Shown here: positions 24,469 to 38,283 of the stretch, in pieces
Layout: the number at the start of each line of letters is the position of its first letter
How positions within the stretch are numbered: the stretch's first letter is position 1
NCBI GenBank assembly: GCA_047495785.1
Contig: JBLDXI010000007.1
Span: 1,426,001-1,490,000, forward strand
Direction: 5' to 3'
Source of the DNA: Lepidodermella squamata
Taxonomy: Eukaryota > Animalia > Gastrotricha
DNA: 64,000 nucleotides
The notes under the pieces: model-generated
What the model saw: the letters and a program-made list of their open reading frames with translations, nothing else
Databases searched by the model: none
What the model was told of the DNA's origin: nothing
Made by a program: the position numbers and the translations under genes

Positions 24469-24797
24469 AGCCGAAAAATTCCGAGAAAAATACAATGATC
24501 TTATTCGATTTTTGCTCTATCCAAAGATATAAAACTTGAGCGAATCAGAATTTTTTTGAATATCGCAAAATTTTCGGACTTGTAATATTGGGATTTTGCG
24601 TGATAATGCTAAATGTAAAAATAGGTATTGGGTTTTTTGTAGCTATTTTTATAGCTCGCTCAAAGTATTATCAAGCGAATGCAAATTCCGCGAAATTCAA
24701 AAAAATCTGATTCGCTCTTGGATAGAGAAGTTTTATATCTTTGGATAGAGCAAAAATCGAATAAGATCATTGTATTTTTCTCGGAATTTTTCGGCTT
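24469..24797. repeat. Inverted repeat with arms of about 100 bp, probably part of a foldback/MITE element
   Basis: gccgaaaaattccgagaaaaatacaatgatcttattcgatttttgctctatccaaagatataaaactt is mirrored at about 24690-24797. No TSD was recognised. Confidence 0.8.
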
Positions 24798-25871
24798 AAA
24801 ATAACAAAATTTAACAACCTTTTTATTATTGCGATAAGTCAACTCAGCACTCTTTAATGTACTAGCGTGTCATATCCATTGTATTTATTTATCTATGCTT
24901 CATATTCGGCCGAGTTGATAAATAACGTCGGCAGCACGCGCTTTCTTTAACTTGAAGAAAACAATAGCTCACAGCCCCATCGATATTATGAAGATTGTTC
25001 GCTAGATCGTCACTGTTTATAAAAAATCATATCCTAAAAACCTACCATCCCGTATGACCCAGTTAAAAGTAGTTGACCTTTGACACTGCAAATCGAGATT
25101 AAAATTTTAGACAAAAGTTGTATTTCAAATCAGCGACACAGATATCAGATATCAGCAGTGATAATAGCGAACTTTCGTCTAAAAAACGATATTGAGCCAT
25201 AATTTTGCCTTTGTTATCATTATTTTATTCTCGATTTGCACGGGGGCCGGATCTATTAGACTGCGTGGTCATCGAGGCAGAAAAGTTATTTATTTAGTGC
25301 ATGCGGACAGCGGACACGTGTGTTACGCAACGATCTGAATTGGCTTTAAGGTCATATGCTGCTTGAAGCTTTTCCACTCAATTTTCCCTTCTCAAGAATC
25401 ACGTGCTGCTCAATCTATATCTATAGGTTCTATCAACTAGAAAAAAATAGTTGGACTTTGAGACTGAAAAAATCGAGGCTAAAGTGCCCTAGGTTTGCTT
25501 TATTATATTGCGAGCGGTCTAAGAAGAATGCTGAACTATTTAATAGGTCATAAGTGCGCGATAAAAAATCTGAAAAATACCTTCTTCACCATTGTTAGAA
25601 AAATGCTTAAGTTTTTTTTCTAATTTGGTTACAAATAGTGTTGGAGTAGGCTCGAAATTATACAACGTTACACTGTATACGAATATACTATAGAAAATGG
25701 CGAGAACGTTCTTCATGGAATCTACACGTCTAGTCAGCCGTAGTATTCAAACTTGAACTCAACTCTTCTAGATAATTATTATATTTACTAATAAATCTTA
25801 TTTCAAAAATTCGTAATTTTGTCAGCAAAATTCTTGAAATTTCAGCTCATTTACGCTAACATTACCATTTG

Positions 25872-27897
25872 ATGGTCAGAAAGCTCAAGCCAATCGGCAT
25901 TTCCAACGATGATTCCATCGCCGGGCAGAACTACGTCCATTGTCACGTGAGTTAATCCACCAAATTATTGCAAAAATTGTAAAATATTTCGCTCAGGTAT
26001 GCGGCGTTCGGGTGTTCAAACGGAAGTTGTATCAGCCAAAAAGCTGCGGTGCCTGTCAGAAATATTTCACGCGAAATTTTGCCAAGGTCGGGATAATGAA
26101 GTGTGCTACTGGCGGGTTGGACTGTGAAATAGCCGGGACGAGCCGTAAATTCTGTGGCCGATGTCGCATTGAAAAATGTATTGCTTCCGGCATGAGATGT
26201 AAGTAATTATTATTTGATTATTTTTGATTCCGAATTTAGCAAATTTGAATGAAGTAAACAAATTTGACCCACTAATTAATTTCCAAAGTTGATTTATTTT
26301 CTAATTTTTTGATGAAGTTATTTTTAATTTAAAAATTATTTCTAGATTTTTATTGGAATCCAAAATTGAGCTTTAATTATAATAAATTAATTTTCTATTT
26401 TTGTTTCAAAATTTCCAATTTTTCCTAACAGGTAAACGTTCCGGCGATGATAAATCAAGGCGAATGAGAAATTCTCCGGAAAATGCTGATTCAAGCGACT
26501 GCGACGAAGATTCAATGCTGTCTAGTGATGAGAAGACAAGGTCCTCGGATAGCTCATTGGACCTGCAGCTTGTTTCGGTTGATCTGGTTCGGGTCGAACG
26601 GGCGTTGAAAATTGCCGCTGGTGCATACACAACTCTGATTGGCTTAGAATCGGTAAGGAACTTTTTAAAGCTTCGGCAAAGGGTTAATATTATTATTCAT
26701 TTATAGCTACCAATCAAGAATATTCACGCTGAATCAGAATTAGAATTTGGCGGCAATGTCGTTCAAACCATTGCTGATATGACCAAAATACTTTCGGGTT
26801 TCGTCGACTATCTACAAGGTACGTAGTTAGGCAGAGGTTAGGAATTTTCATCTCGAATTTTCATTATAGGAGCTTTTAGCTTTGACGATCGGGAAAAATC
26901 CCTAATCTTAGCGAACAGTTTCCATGCTATAGCAGCAATAGGCTTCGTACAGGCGTCGAGCAATATCAAACAATTGATGAGTCTCAAAAATATTCCTAGG
27001 CTGTATGACGGCTGTCCTCAATTTTTCGTAATTTTTTTCAAATTGAATACTGATTTAATTCACGTTTAATGAATAACGCAGGATTGCATGGAAAAAACGG
27101 CTGAACTTGGTCTATTGATGGATGAGTGGAGGCCGGCTTTTCTGGAAATTGCACTGCTCGTCTTATGCGCAGCATTTAATCGTATGTTTTTTCATTTTAT
27201 ACATTTCGCTATAAATAAATAAAATATATAATTTGAAAAATTCGAATTTAAATTTGAATGTAAGCCACACTGGTTTGAACATCGATTTGTGGTTGTTTCC
27301 TTTAATTCCTAATTGTCATACTACGAAGTTGCTGCTTTGTCGCCGCACAGAAAGGGCAGACCGTCATAACAGCAAATACCCAAAAGGCAAACGCGACAAA
27401 ACAGCAAATTTTTCTACTTGCGACATAACAGCAGAAACTCGATGCATCGATTACATAGTAAGTTTTCGCTGTTTTGTCGCGTTTGCCTTTTGGGTATTTG
27501 CTGTTTTGTCGCCGTACCCGAGAAGGGCATCAAAACGTATCCTCAAATAGTCTGGTTTTCAAAGCTTTAAGCTAACTTTGCCAAAATTTGGGTTCGAATT
27601 TGTCGCGTCTTGAATACTCGAATACTCACCCTTTGAACCTTTCTTGCAGGAACTGTTGCGCGATCAAGTGCTAAAATGGCTCAGCTTCGCCGGCTGTGTG
27701 AAAGGGCCTTCGACTTGTTGGAGGCTAAGCAAATGGCCTACGATGGCAGAAGCTCGCGATCGTACTTTCTTCGCGCTTCTCAACTCCAGAGCGAAATTCA
27801 TAGCAGTTATAAAACCTATTTACCAGTTTCTTATGAACGCAACAGGCAGCTTTTCGGTGACAGCAAGCTCATTGATCAATTTATTTACGAAATGTGA
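25872..27897 (+). CDS. Divergent nuclear hormone receptor (C4 zinc-finger DBD plus short LBD-like region)
   Basis: Spliced CH|VCGVRVFKRKLYQPKSCGACQKYFTR...CATGGLDCEI...CGRCRIEKCIASGM. Downstream exons are homologous to the two following paralogues (VERAL...LIGLE; EWRPAFLE; QM.YDGRSS.SYFLR). Confidence 0.85.
27353..27519. mobile_element. Intronic MITE-like inverted repeat element
   Basis: aacagcaaatacccaaaaggcaaacgcgacaaaacagc is mirrored by gctgttttgtcgcgtttgccttttgggtatttgctgtt. It lies in the enlarged last intron of the first nuclear receptor. TSD not clear. Confidence 0.7.
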
Positions 27898-29327
27898 AGT
27901 CATGTGAGACAATTTAGCAAAAAAATACCTATGATAATTGACCGAGCGTGAGTGCGGAAAGTGCACATTTTTCAGAATTTTCTAGCTGCCCGCTTCGGAA
28001 ATTAAATAAACTCGATGCTGTTACATAAATAGAAAAAAATGGCGCTAAACTAATTTTTTGCATCTCTGCCAAGTCAGTCGCGTGCCGGAAAAACTGAGCG
28101 CTAGTTTTGTCAGTGCATCGAATGCATTACGCCATTTGTTTCTATTTTAGTCAAGTCGTTCTGTCGCCCGCCCCGCGATATATAGAACAAAAGTTCCGAC
28201 AATTCCCAATCGCTTAATTGAAATGACCAAGTTATAAAATTTGGAATTGTCGAAAAACTGCCTTGTTTTAAGGAAGGAACTTGAAAGCCAAGGAATATTG
28301 GGCCATGCGATTAGTTGACGTCAAAATTTTGAAGACTGATAACTAGGATCCCTTATTTTCACACGTTTATGCTATGGTTCGCACGCAAGAAAAAAGAACG
28401 TGCTCTACTTTATAAATAGAAACTTCAAAACAGGATGGAAATCTGCAAAAAACTATTGCTGATTAACTTGACGTTTCAGGTTACCTGTCAGACAAACATT
28501 ATAGCTAATAACGTTTCTTATCCCATTAAATTCGCGCCCTATTTCCTATGCACAGACTGCTGATGCGCAAATATAGACTTTACAAGGTGAAATGCCCCTA
28601 TTTGTCCTAACTCAAATTTTGGGTCCCAGCGCACGTGGGGTTTTAAGTGGTCAAGTTAAAGGAAGTGGGATAAACTTTCGCGGTAATTATGAGAAAGGAT
28701 AATTTATGAGAGGACTATTTAATGCCAGTTCAACACGTCCAGTCATACTCGCTTTTCATCATTACATCACTGCATCATTATAAGATCACTACATAATGGG
28801 GTAGTTTATCCTCTAAGTGCTTAGGATGCGCTCATTTTTAGGCCGTGAACCCATATCATGATTAGCGAATCAATTTTCCAGGGTGTCACTTAAGTAACGC
28901 TAATCCGAAGGGAGTATAGTGAATAGGAATTTCCAGACTTATGATCAGATAGGCAACCATCATTGCTCTTATTCCGATTGAACCTTTCACGAGCAGCTCC
29001 AACAAAGTGCTATTTAGGTGCATTGAGCGCATTGAATAGCTTCAGTTTCCAAGAAATTTGCCACGCAAGGCTACTAAATCCCTTGCCAAAGCCATATATC
29101 CAGGTGTCAAATATTTGAACACTGCTGCAGCTTATTAATGATGCAAAGCGCGACGATTATTGATCGAGTGACACAGTTCTAGTATCTTACAATGTCTGAG
29201 TTGTCTGCGCGTGCGTCTGGAAAATTGTCCTTCAGGTTTGGGAAAATACCCTGCCGCGCATAACCCTATTAGTGCATTTTTTGCGACATTTACTATCACT
29301 CATCATTTCGGTCATTGCAGCTTTAAC

Positions 29328-30728
29328 ATGCCACGTAAATCAGTTCCTGAGGAGGATAAATTGCGACGAGTCGAGTTTTGCCGCGTAAGTTCTGCATTCA
29401 AGGCTGAATTGTCTAACTAGCAAAATTTATCCTACAGGTGTGTGGCATCAAAGTGCCGCGGCGAAGGTTGTATCAGCCGAAAATATGCTTTGCTTGTCAG
29501 AAATTTTTCAGCCGAAATGTGACATATCTCGAAGAGATGAAGTGCATCAGTGGTACTAATAACTGCAAAATCGACCCGAAAATTCGCCGGCTGTGTGGAC
29601 GATGCCGCCTGGGGCGATGCATTGAAGCTGGAATGCAAAGTATGGTAGCTTGATTTTATGAAAATTGTGAACCATTTCCACATTTCTGGTATTTTTCAGG
29701 CAAAGGCGCTACTGAGGTTAAGCGTAACTCTTCTGCTTCAACCAATCTTCAAGTAATAATGGATTCGTCTGATAGCTGTTCCTCAACGCCATCATCTCTG
29801 CATTTCGAGCCGGCATTCCATGGAGCCTCTGAGGTTGAAAGGGCTCTGCTTACATCTACCCATGCAGTCACCCTTCTTCTAGGGCTTGAATTTGTAAGAT
29901 ATTACTTTTATTACTTCGATTACTATATGTGTATTCGATCAGCTACCCTTGAAAATTTACGACGGGCCCATGGATGAAGGTCTTGTTCGAGAATTGGCAG
30001 TGGAGCAGATGTCACAAATGAACGAAATAGGGGATCAATTTGCTAGCTTTCTGCAAGGTATTGAGTCATAGTCTTTTTCGATAAGAGTTTCTAATGCATT
30101 ACTTTTTCAGATGCTTTTGGCTTCGGTGAATTTGAGAAATCTATAATGATACCAAAGAGTCTGCTGCCTATCATGACTGCATTCTGTGCAATGCCGTCAA
30201 ATACTTTCAAGCATTCAGTTAACCCACAAACACTGAGGCTGATAAAAAAAATGTGCCCCGGTCTAGATGTAATTTTGTGATCATTTTTAATTATTAATTT
30301 TATTATCACGTGTTTGTAGGAGGCGGACAGCTACATTGCTAGTCTTGGGAGTCTCCTCGAAGAATGGAACCCAAATTTTCTGGAATCTGCGATTCTTTTT
30401 ATGCTCCTTGCTTTCAGTCGTAAGGAAACCTACGTACATCTTAATAATCGAATATTTACGAATTATTTATCTAGCTACCATCGCGGGAATCAGTGATAAA
30501 ATGGCGAAAATTCGCAGGCAGTTTGAAATGGCGTTGAACATGGTTGAATCCAAACAGATCTGCTTTGAGGGGCGGAGTTCGATTCCATACTTTGTTCGAA
30601 CTTTTCGCCTGCTAGATCGCATTTGCGCGATTGTAAAAGTGGCGATTCAAGCTGCATGGGAGAAAGACAGGTGCAGATACAGTGATCAGTCCATAATAAC
30701 CATTGATAAATTCATCCGTGAACAATAG
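29328..30728 (+). CDS. Divergent nuclear hormone receptor, paralogue 2
   Basis: MPRKSVPEEDKLRRVEFCR|VCGIKVPRRRLYQPKICFACQKFFSRN...CISGTNNC...CGRCRLGRCIEAGM, in 7 short exons. Confidence 0.88.
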
Positions 30729-33169
30729 CACCTCTCCTTATCAAGTCCTAATTTTGTCTAATTGATGGAATAAACGTTTTGCTATGCTGATGATATAAGT
30801 GATCCGTAAGTGAAAATTTTCCTGCCTCGGTCGCGGCTTAGAGGCAGAGTTAGGAGCGGTATCGCGAAACCGGAATGAGATTAAACATCGGAACCGGGCT
30901 TTCTAGCTATAACCGAAGCTGGACGATTAATGCCGTCGGATAGGCGAGATGACACATTACAATACAGGCGAAGTTGCTGAGTCGATTCAGGTTGACTCAA
31001 GGACCGATATCTGACTCAAAATTGTACTGCTGTTCTTTTGACAGAAGCTCTTTTTCAAAAGCTCCGTGCGAAATTCAAGTTCACAGGATATCTCTATGAT
31101 TACTTCTTCATTTGAGTTGATACCATGTGAGACTGTACGCAAGAAAAGGAATAAAACTCCCTACCATAGTGGACACTCTTACTTCTTACTCATACTTATT
31201 ACTTGTATATACTCGAAACAGAAATACAATTACAGTATACATTTTCTGGCCAGATTGCTAACCCTCCACGAACTAAAAGAATGTAAGGTAAACTGGTGTG
31301 ATAATTTCGGGATGCTTCGAAGCCCAGCGAATTCTCCGAAACCCGTATGACGTAGTATGTCTAATTTGACCTTGATTTTCAAGTTCGAAATTGCTTCCGA
31401 CGAGGGATAGAGCTTCGTCAACCGTCATAAAAGTATACGCTAATTTTTATTTAAAACGACTTTCCAGACATCACCTTTTAGCGTTAGATTACCTGCCAGA
31501 CAGCAGACACATATCGAACCTAAATATAGTTCTTATCCCTTGCAGATTTTGCTTCATAATTTCGATCCGCAGACATCTGTGGTGCTAATGCAGACCTAAC
31601 ATGCAGAAATTCGATATGTTATTCATTGTCCTGAGATCTAAACGTTGTTGTCCCAAAGCTCCTACTTATCGTTCATGCTGGTGATGACTAATAAATACCG
31701 CACGTGGCTTTTTTCGATAATCATGTCTGATACGACGATAATTTATACGTAAAGTAAAATGCGCCCCTGCTGTCTAAAATTACTAATATAGTAAAATTAC
31801 TTTTACGGCAAACTACGCTAGCTACGTTTAATACAAGTCGGTTTCACGGTGTTCACGTCAGCTTTAACGTGAAAGATGATAAGTAAAAAGTAAGCTATTT
31901 TTGCATATTCTATCACGAAACACAGCACATTCTACATTTCACATCATGTTTTCTGTACTTTAATGCCATCAACCTGTTTGCTAATGGATATAAAAGACTT
32001 TCAAACAACAACTTTATTACATAAAGCTGGCTAGTAGCGATTTATCGCCCCCTTGTGTTTTTACATGTCTTGAATCTTGCATTTTCCTCTATTTTCAACA
32101 CCGCAGAATTTGCCGAGTGTGGAATCCCGGTTGATCTATATATGCCGTTTCTTTTTACGGTTTCTTTGAGCAAACACTGCATTAGTCTTTAAAAGGGTAT
32201 GTGTGGTGCAATTCCGACGGATCGCATACCAGTTTTTTTACGTGCGAATAAGAAACACAAAAATAGCTCGAGAAAAGCATAACCAAATGACGCTACTGAT
32301 ATACCGTTAGCGCTTAGGGCTTAGGTAGCGGTGCCATAGGAAGATGGCAAATGATAAGTTACGAATTGTTACCTGTATGTGAGGATTATTTTGGCACCTT
32401 GAGCCTATGTAAATGTCGCTAATCAAAATCGTAATTGTGCGGCATTTACCCTCGAACTTCACGTTATAGTTTTTCAATATGCCGAACTGCAGCCAATTAT
32501 TGGCCTCAATACAGAAGACAGAGGCCTAAAACCTTAACCCCTATTCCTAATTATTAGCTGCACTGCCACGTGAGAATGCCTACTTTTTCATTAAATTATC
32601 CTTCAAATTATACTTCGAGATATGAATTCGGACTTGAAACTTGAAAAGCTCCACTAGCAGCAAGCAGAAACAGCGGGAGGAAACACTCTTTCCATTTAAG
32701 CAAAAAAACTAGAACTATATTATTCACACCTGTTAGACGAGTGAGCGAAAAAAGCGAGCTTTTGGCAGATATACAATCTATGTTGATAGGTGGGTATACA
32801 CTCCTATCATGCAGGAAACCATTTTCGCGCCAAACTAAACGTCAGTGCCTTGCCTTTGGCATCTCGATCGATATATCGGGCAAGAATAGTGTTCCTGCAT
32901 TCTAAACCACAGGACAAGATTGCTCAATTATTTAGACAATTTTCATAAAAATATCTTTAATGCAAACGCTTCGACACCTACATGTGGAATACATGTATTT
33001 CATACTGTACAGGAAACTCCGTATTTTCTTCCAAGTTCATCTTTGCTAAGTCACTATTTTCTGGTTCAACAATGCATATCAAGTGCTCAAGTTACCAGGA
33101 AATTTTCCCGCGCGTGGTTGCTAATGTCTCCACGCTTTCGTACGTTTTGTTTCATTCCGAGGTATTCTG

Positions 33170-33360
33170 TGCCAGGTGTCAAATAAATGATCACTTCAGA
33201 GTATTAATAAAAGCAAAGCACTATCATCTCAATCGATCGTGCGGCACAGTTTTTAATGCCGCTCTAGTTTTTTTTATAACGATCTCATAGTCACACTTGT
33301 CACTGCGCGCGTCTGGAAATTTGCCCTGTGCGTCTAGGAATATGCCCTGCCACGCATAAA
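33170..33360 (+). promoter_or_regulatory. Upstream non-coding blocks shared with the paralogue promoter (about 29098-29262)
   Basis: ccaggtgtcaaata, tattaat..gcaaagc, gcgtctggaaa and ccctgcc.cgcataa are kept in order upstream of both receptor genes. Confidence 0.45.
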
Positions 33361-33497
33361 GCATGTTATTACATATTCGACACTTCCTATACGTAAATCA
33401 TCGATCCGTAATACACAGCAATATACGAACCACTCACTACGGCGCTTCAGTTCTATCAACTTCCCTCACTTTCCATTTGACTTAGAAGTGTGTTATC

Positions 33498-34896
33498 ATG
33501 CCACGTAAATCAGTTCCTGAGGAGGATAAGCTGCGCCGAGTCGAGCTTTGCCGCGTTCGTTCTAGTTTTTTGTTAAGGTAGAATTTTCAAAACAACTTTT
33601 TTCAACAGGTGTGTGGAATCAAAGTGCCGCGGCGAAAGTTGTATCAACCGAAAATATGCTTCGCTTGCCAGAAATTTTTCAGCCGAAATGTGACATATCG
33701 CGAAGAGATGAAGTGCATCAGTGGTACTAATAACTGCAAAATCGAGCCGAAAATTCGCCGGTTGTGTGGACGATGCCGATTGGAGCGATGCATTGCTGCT
33801 GGAATGCAAAGTATGGCAGCTTAATGTTATGAGAATTTTTGAAATTGCGTTGATTTTCAGGCAAAGGTGTAACTGAGGTTAAGCGTAACTCTTCAGCTTC
33901 AACTGAACTACAACTCGTTAAAATGGATTCGTCGGATGGCTGCTCGTCAACTTCTTCCTCTTTGAACTTCGAGCCGGCATTCCGCGGAACCTCTGAGGTC
34001 GAAAGGGCTCTGCTTACATCTGCTCATGCAATGACCCTTCTTTTAGGCCTCGAATTTGTAAGATCTATTCTACTGTTTATATACATCAATTCTAGTACTT
34101 TTTCATTAGCTACCCATGAAAATGTACGATGGACCGATGGATGAAGGTCTTGTTCGAGAACTAGGTGTGAAACAGATAGCTCAGCAGAACGAAACAGGGG
34201 AAAAATTCGCTAGCTTTCTCCAAGGCAATATTTAGAACCTTTTCCTTAAGAGCTCATTTCTGAGCCTAAAATTTATTTTTAGATGCCTTTGGCTTCGGTG
34301 AAATTGAGAAATCTACAGTTATAGCAACGAGTCTTCTGCCAATCATCACCGCTTTCTGTGCCATGCCGTCGAATTCTTTCAAGCATCAAGTTAGCCCACA
34401 AACACTGAAGCTCATAACGAAAATGTGCCCTGGTTTAGACGTAATTTTTTGCCAAATTTTAAAGATTAATGCTAATATAGCGTGTTTGAAGGAGGCGGAA
34501 TGTCACATAACTAGTCTTGGCAGGATCCTGGAGGAATGGAAGCCGAATTTTCTCGAATCTGCCCTACTTTTCCTTCTCCTTGCTTTCAATCGTGAGAACG
34601 TTTTATTGTTTACTATTCTTTGAATTTAACCGTTTTTTCACGTAGCGACTGTCGCGAGTACTAACCATCAAATGGCGAATGCTCGCAGGCTGTTTGAAAT
34701 GGCGTTGAACATGCTTGAATCTAAGCAGATCTGCTTTGAGGGACGGAGTTCGATTCCGTACTTTGTTCGGACTTTTCGCTTGCTAGATCGCATTACTACG
34801 ATCGTGAAAGCGGCGATTCAAGCTTCGTGGGAGAAAACAAGGCCCGGATTCAACGAACAGTCTGTAACAACCATTGACAAATTTATCTGCGATTAA
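33498..34896 (+). CDS. Divergent nuclear hormone receptor, paralogue 3
   Basis: Close paralogue of 29328-30728 with the same intron positions. One donor is GC (34225). Confidence 0.88.
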
Positions 34897-36001
34897 AGCG
34901 ATTAAAGACAAGGTCTTTTTCGTAAAATTGAAATATTATGTGACTCATTATGGTATTCTTGTTATGGTATGAATTTTTCCGTGAAAATGACGGGAGTTAT
35001 CAGTAAATAATGAGTAAAAATACATGATGTTGACCGCTGTGTAGAAAAATGTGCTAAAATGCCACGCGATTACGAAGAATTGAGGTGAGAACATTTTTCA
35101 ATTATATTTCATGAAATGTTCCTTATCAGGTACCGGTAAAAAAAACCACGGGTATACTTGTCGTGCATGGCGACCCTCCCGTTGTCCAAGGCTTAGGGTT
35201 AGTTAAGTTCACAAAATTTACGACCTCTTGCGGCTCTTAATAAATTAAATAGCAGTCGCAGCGAGGGATCGATATGGCCAGACGCTCATGCTGACACGCG
35301 CAAAAAGAACACCTACGCGGATGCTAAAATTTTTGGGATCGCTATTTTTAATCTCGTATCTATTATTCATTACTTCGAAGAGCTATTCTTACACCCAATT
35401 ATTCATCCCTCGAATATTGACTCGCCTTATGATTCATTATTGTGAAATTTTTGCACGCGTACAGGTTCTTCCGGTTGAACAAAAGTTAACCGTGAGTTGT
35501 TGAGGTCATCTCATTAACACTCCAGCGGGCTAGCAAAATTTTATTGCATTTATATTTCGTTCCCTCCATAATTCTTCCGGAAATTGAATATCATTATGAT
35601 AAGTGCCGTATATTATTGAACAAAGTTAATTCGGAATTAACACTTGGTTAATCTCGGTTAAAACACGTTTTCAACTTATTCCTGCCGTATCATTACGTCA
35701 GTTTTGTGAATAATAGAAGAATTCTATATTGAATTCACGGCTATATATTTTTGTGACTGATGGACAAATAAATTTGAATTTATAAATTTAGACGGCGGCA
35801 AGTTTTTTATAAATCGGGTGGCGACGCATGGTGGGCGAAGAGGAATTTTATTATAAATTCACGCCTGATTGAATAGGCACAGAATAGGCCCTGGGTCTCT
35901 CCATTTAGGCCTAAAAATCTGCAATACATATAGGCCTAAAGTAGATCTCAATTAGTTTTTCGCTTAAGCCTAGAATAGACCTACAGTCGGGAGAGCCTAT
36001 A

Positions 36002-36160
36002 CAGGATGGCCAAAAAATTTCGCACAAGGCGCATCAATTTAATGAGTTTTAAGAAGTCTTTAATATTCTTTCGCCAATTGAACTCCTCAATTTCCTGAAA
36101 CTCCGCATTAAATTGATGCGCATCAAATTCGCTATCTGCGGAATTTTTCGGCCACCATCA
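36002..36160. mobile_element. Degenerate Tc1/mariner-like MITE
   Basis: tacaggatggccaaaaaatt...gcgcatcaatttaatg is mirrored by cattaaattgatgcgc...aatttttcggccacc. The right end has decayed. Confidence 0.5.
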
Positions 36161-36342
36161 AATATCAAATATAATATACCATCAAATAATTGCACACATT
36201 TTCATCATTTTTTATCATGTTTTATTTTTGGGTTGCACAAAGTTTGCAATGCAATCAGGTAATGAAAATAATATGATCGAAAGTTGATAAACAAAATCAT
36301 TCTTTTCAACAATGCGGCTAAGATTCCCTAATGATTCAATCT

Positions 36343-38283
36343 TCAAAACGGTCCATTAATAGCTACCGGGTAAATTCCGAACATAACAATCGGAGTGATG
36401 CTAATGCAGACAAGGTAAAGCAGGCCGACAACTCGTTCGGTAACAACGGCCAAAAAGTACCACTGAGTCTCGCGGTACGTTAAATTGTCGCAGCCTGTAA
36501 AATCGCCGACAACATCGCCGCCTTCCAATCGCCGTTCGTGCGACCGCCGTCGGGTCGAAATACTTGTTTTGATGTCGTTAAAATCAACCCCATTTATACC
36601 ATTCATAACCCCCGGGTGGTTTTCTTCAGATTTTACGTTATTTCCGTTTTCGGTAGTTTCGGGCATTTCCCGCTCAGCTTTCGGAATTTTCGAGTGCAAG
36701 TTGACGAGTGTGGCTATTGCACAAGTGAATCTGAACAGCCAATCTGGCATTCTAGTTGCTGTTGCTTCGTGGTTTTCTTCAATCATGCTCAGGGCATAGA
36801 GTGCAAATCCTTCGCCGAGCTGAAATTTGTTTGCTTTTTTAATTTAGAAAATCGTAGAAAAGTTACCATCGATATTGAAATGAAAGCCATTTGTAGATTA
36901 ATATAATACGATAGCAAAGGTATGTGCTGACTTGATCTAAGATAGAAAAAAATAAAAAAGTTTGAATTTTGAGCCATTCTCACCTTGGCAAGTCACCAAC
37001 AACCATTAGTTGAAATACGGAATAGGCTAGTAGGCATGTGAATGATATTTCAACCTTCTCAACATGTCCCACTGGAACGCCAAAATTCGCAAGGTGTGCA
37101 ATAGAAATAACGCAACTTGGTATGACTACATTCATCCTGTGAATTATAAGAGAAAATTTAAAAAATGCTGACAAAATGATTTCCAAATTTTTACATGTAA
37201 TATTTGACTTTTCGCTTAACGGTAAAATGAAATTCGAGATGGTCGAACGAGGCACTAGGATCGGCATAGGTAACATTAACCTTGGTCTGGGTTGTTGCTA
37301 TCAAGTCCCATTGTTCATTTTCTTTGAAATACTTTTTCGACACATCGCCAACAAAATACAGCGACATGAATTGCCTCGTGTAACGCCAGCTATTTTTTAT
37401 ATAAGAATAAAAATTCACAAAAAATGAACTAGCGCGCAATACCTCTCCAGTTCCAAAGAACAGGTCTGCAAAATTTTGAAAAAATGAACAAATTTAATAA
37501 TGAAAATTTGAAATTTTAACCTGAGTATCGAATGGGAACAGCGTCAAATCCAGATCGCAGTAGACCGTAAATGTCCCACCAGGGCTGTATAAACTGTAAC
37601 CATTTGAGTAAACTCGAACTTTTTCATCGTCTTTTCCCATAAGAACGTAACGGCTTTCGGAATTCATCTCAAATTTTGCAATTTGAAATTTGAATGAAAT
37701 TTTTATTATAAAAGTTTACCTGCGCTATGTCTGGCAACCAGACTTCGTGAGCGGGTAGTACTAAAATATAGAAAAATAAAAATAAAAAGAGTAGCATCAA
37801 GAATCGACTATAGACTATACTAACCAGCATAATCGACGCAATTATAAGGAAAGTCGTTAATCCAATATCTGAACTGGTCTTCCCACCGCTGAAAAAATAG
37901 AATTTCGAGAAAAAATATTTTTTTTGCAACAAATTACCACACTCAGATATCCGGTAATTTTCATAACTCGCTCTTTTTCAATCTAAAAAAAATGCAAAAT
38001 TTTCAAAATTTTGGAAAATTTTAAATATTACAACGTCGTTGATTTGGGACACGCCAAACGTAAGGTAAACATCAACAGTGTCATTAGCGTTTAACCTTGG
38101 CCGCTGCCATTTTCCATAAGGCGCAAAATATTTATCCGAAAGTTGCTGCTCCGTAACCACAGATGCAGAATTATCGCGCCTACAACCAGGCGCTTTCGAT
38201 TTCGGCGGCCCAAATGGCTGTTGGCACCGTGCCAAAATTATAGCATTAATTAGCAATAAATTGATTGTGAAATATTGCGACAT
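36343..38283 (-). CDS. Nicotinic-acetylcholine-receptor-like non-alpha Cys-loop subunit (multi-exon)
   Basis: Signal MSQYFTINLLLINAIILA; RPRLNANDTVDV; VWLPDI; CDLDLTLFPFDTQ|TC; loop-B SWRY; no vicinal CC in loop C; M1-M2 VEKVEISFTCLLA of cation type; long M3-M4 loop; QWYFLAVVTERV before M4. Confidence 0.9.

Noticed and set aside
32300-32340. ttaggg/ttaggc-like hexamers here and taggcc motifs at 35870-36000 as interstitial telomeric repeats
   Set aside because: Too few, non-tandem and degenerate.
30780-33160. Short ORFs between nuclear receptor paralogues 2 and 3
   Set aside because: No domain motifs, splice pattern or TIR/TSD pairs were recognised.
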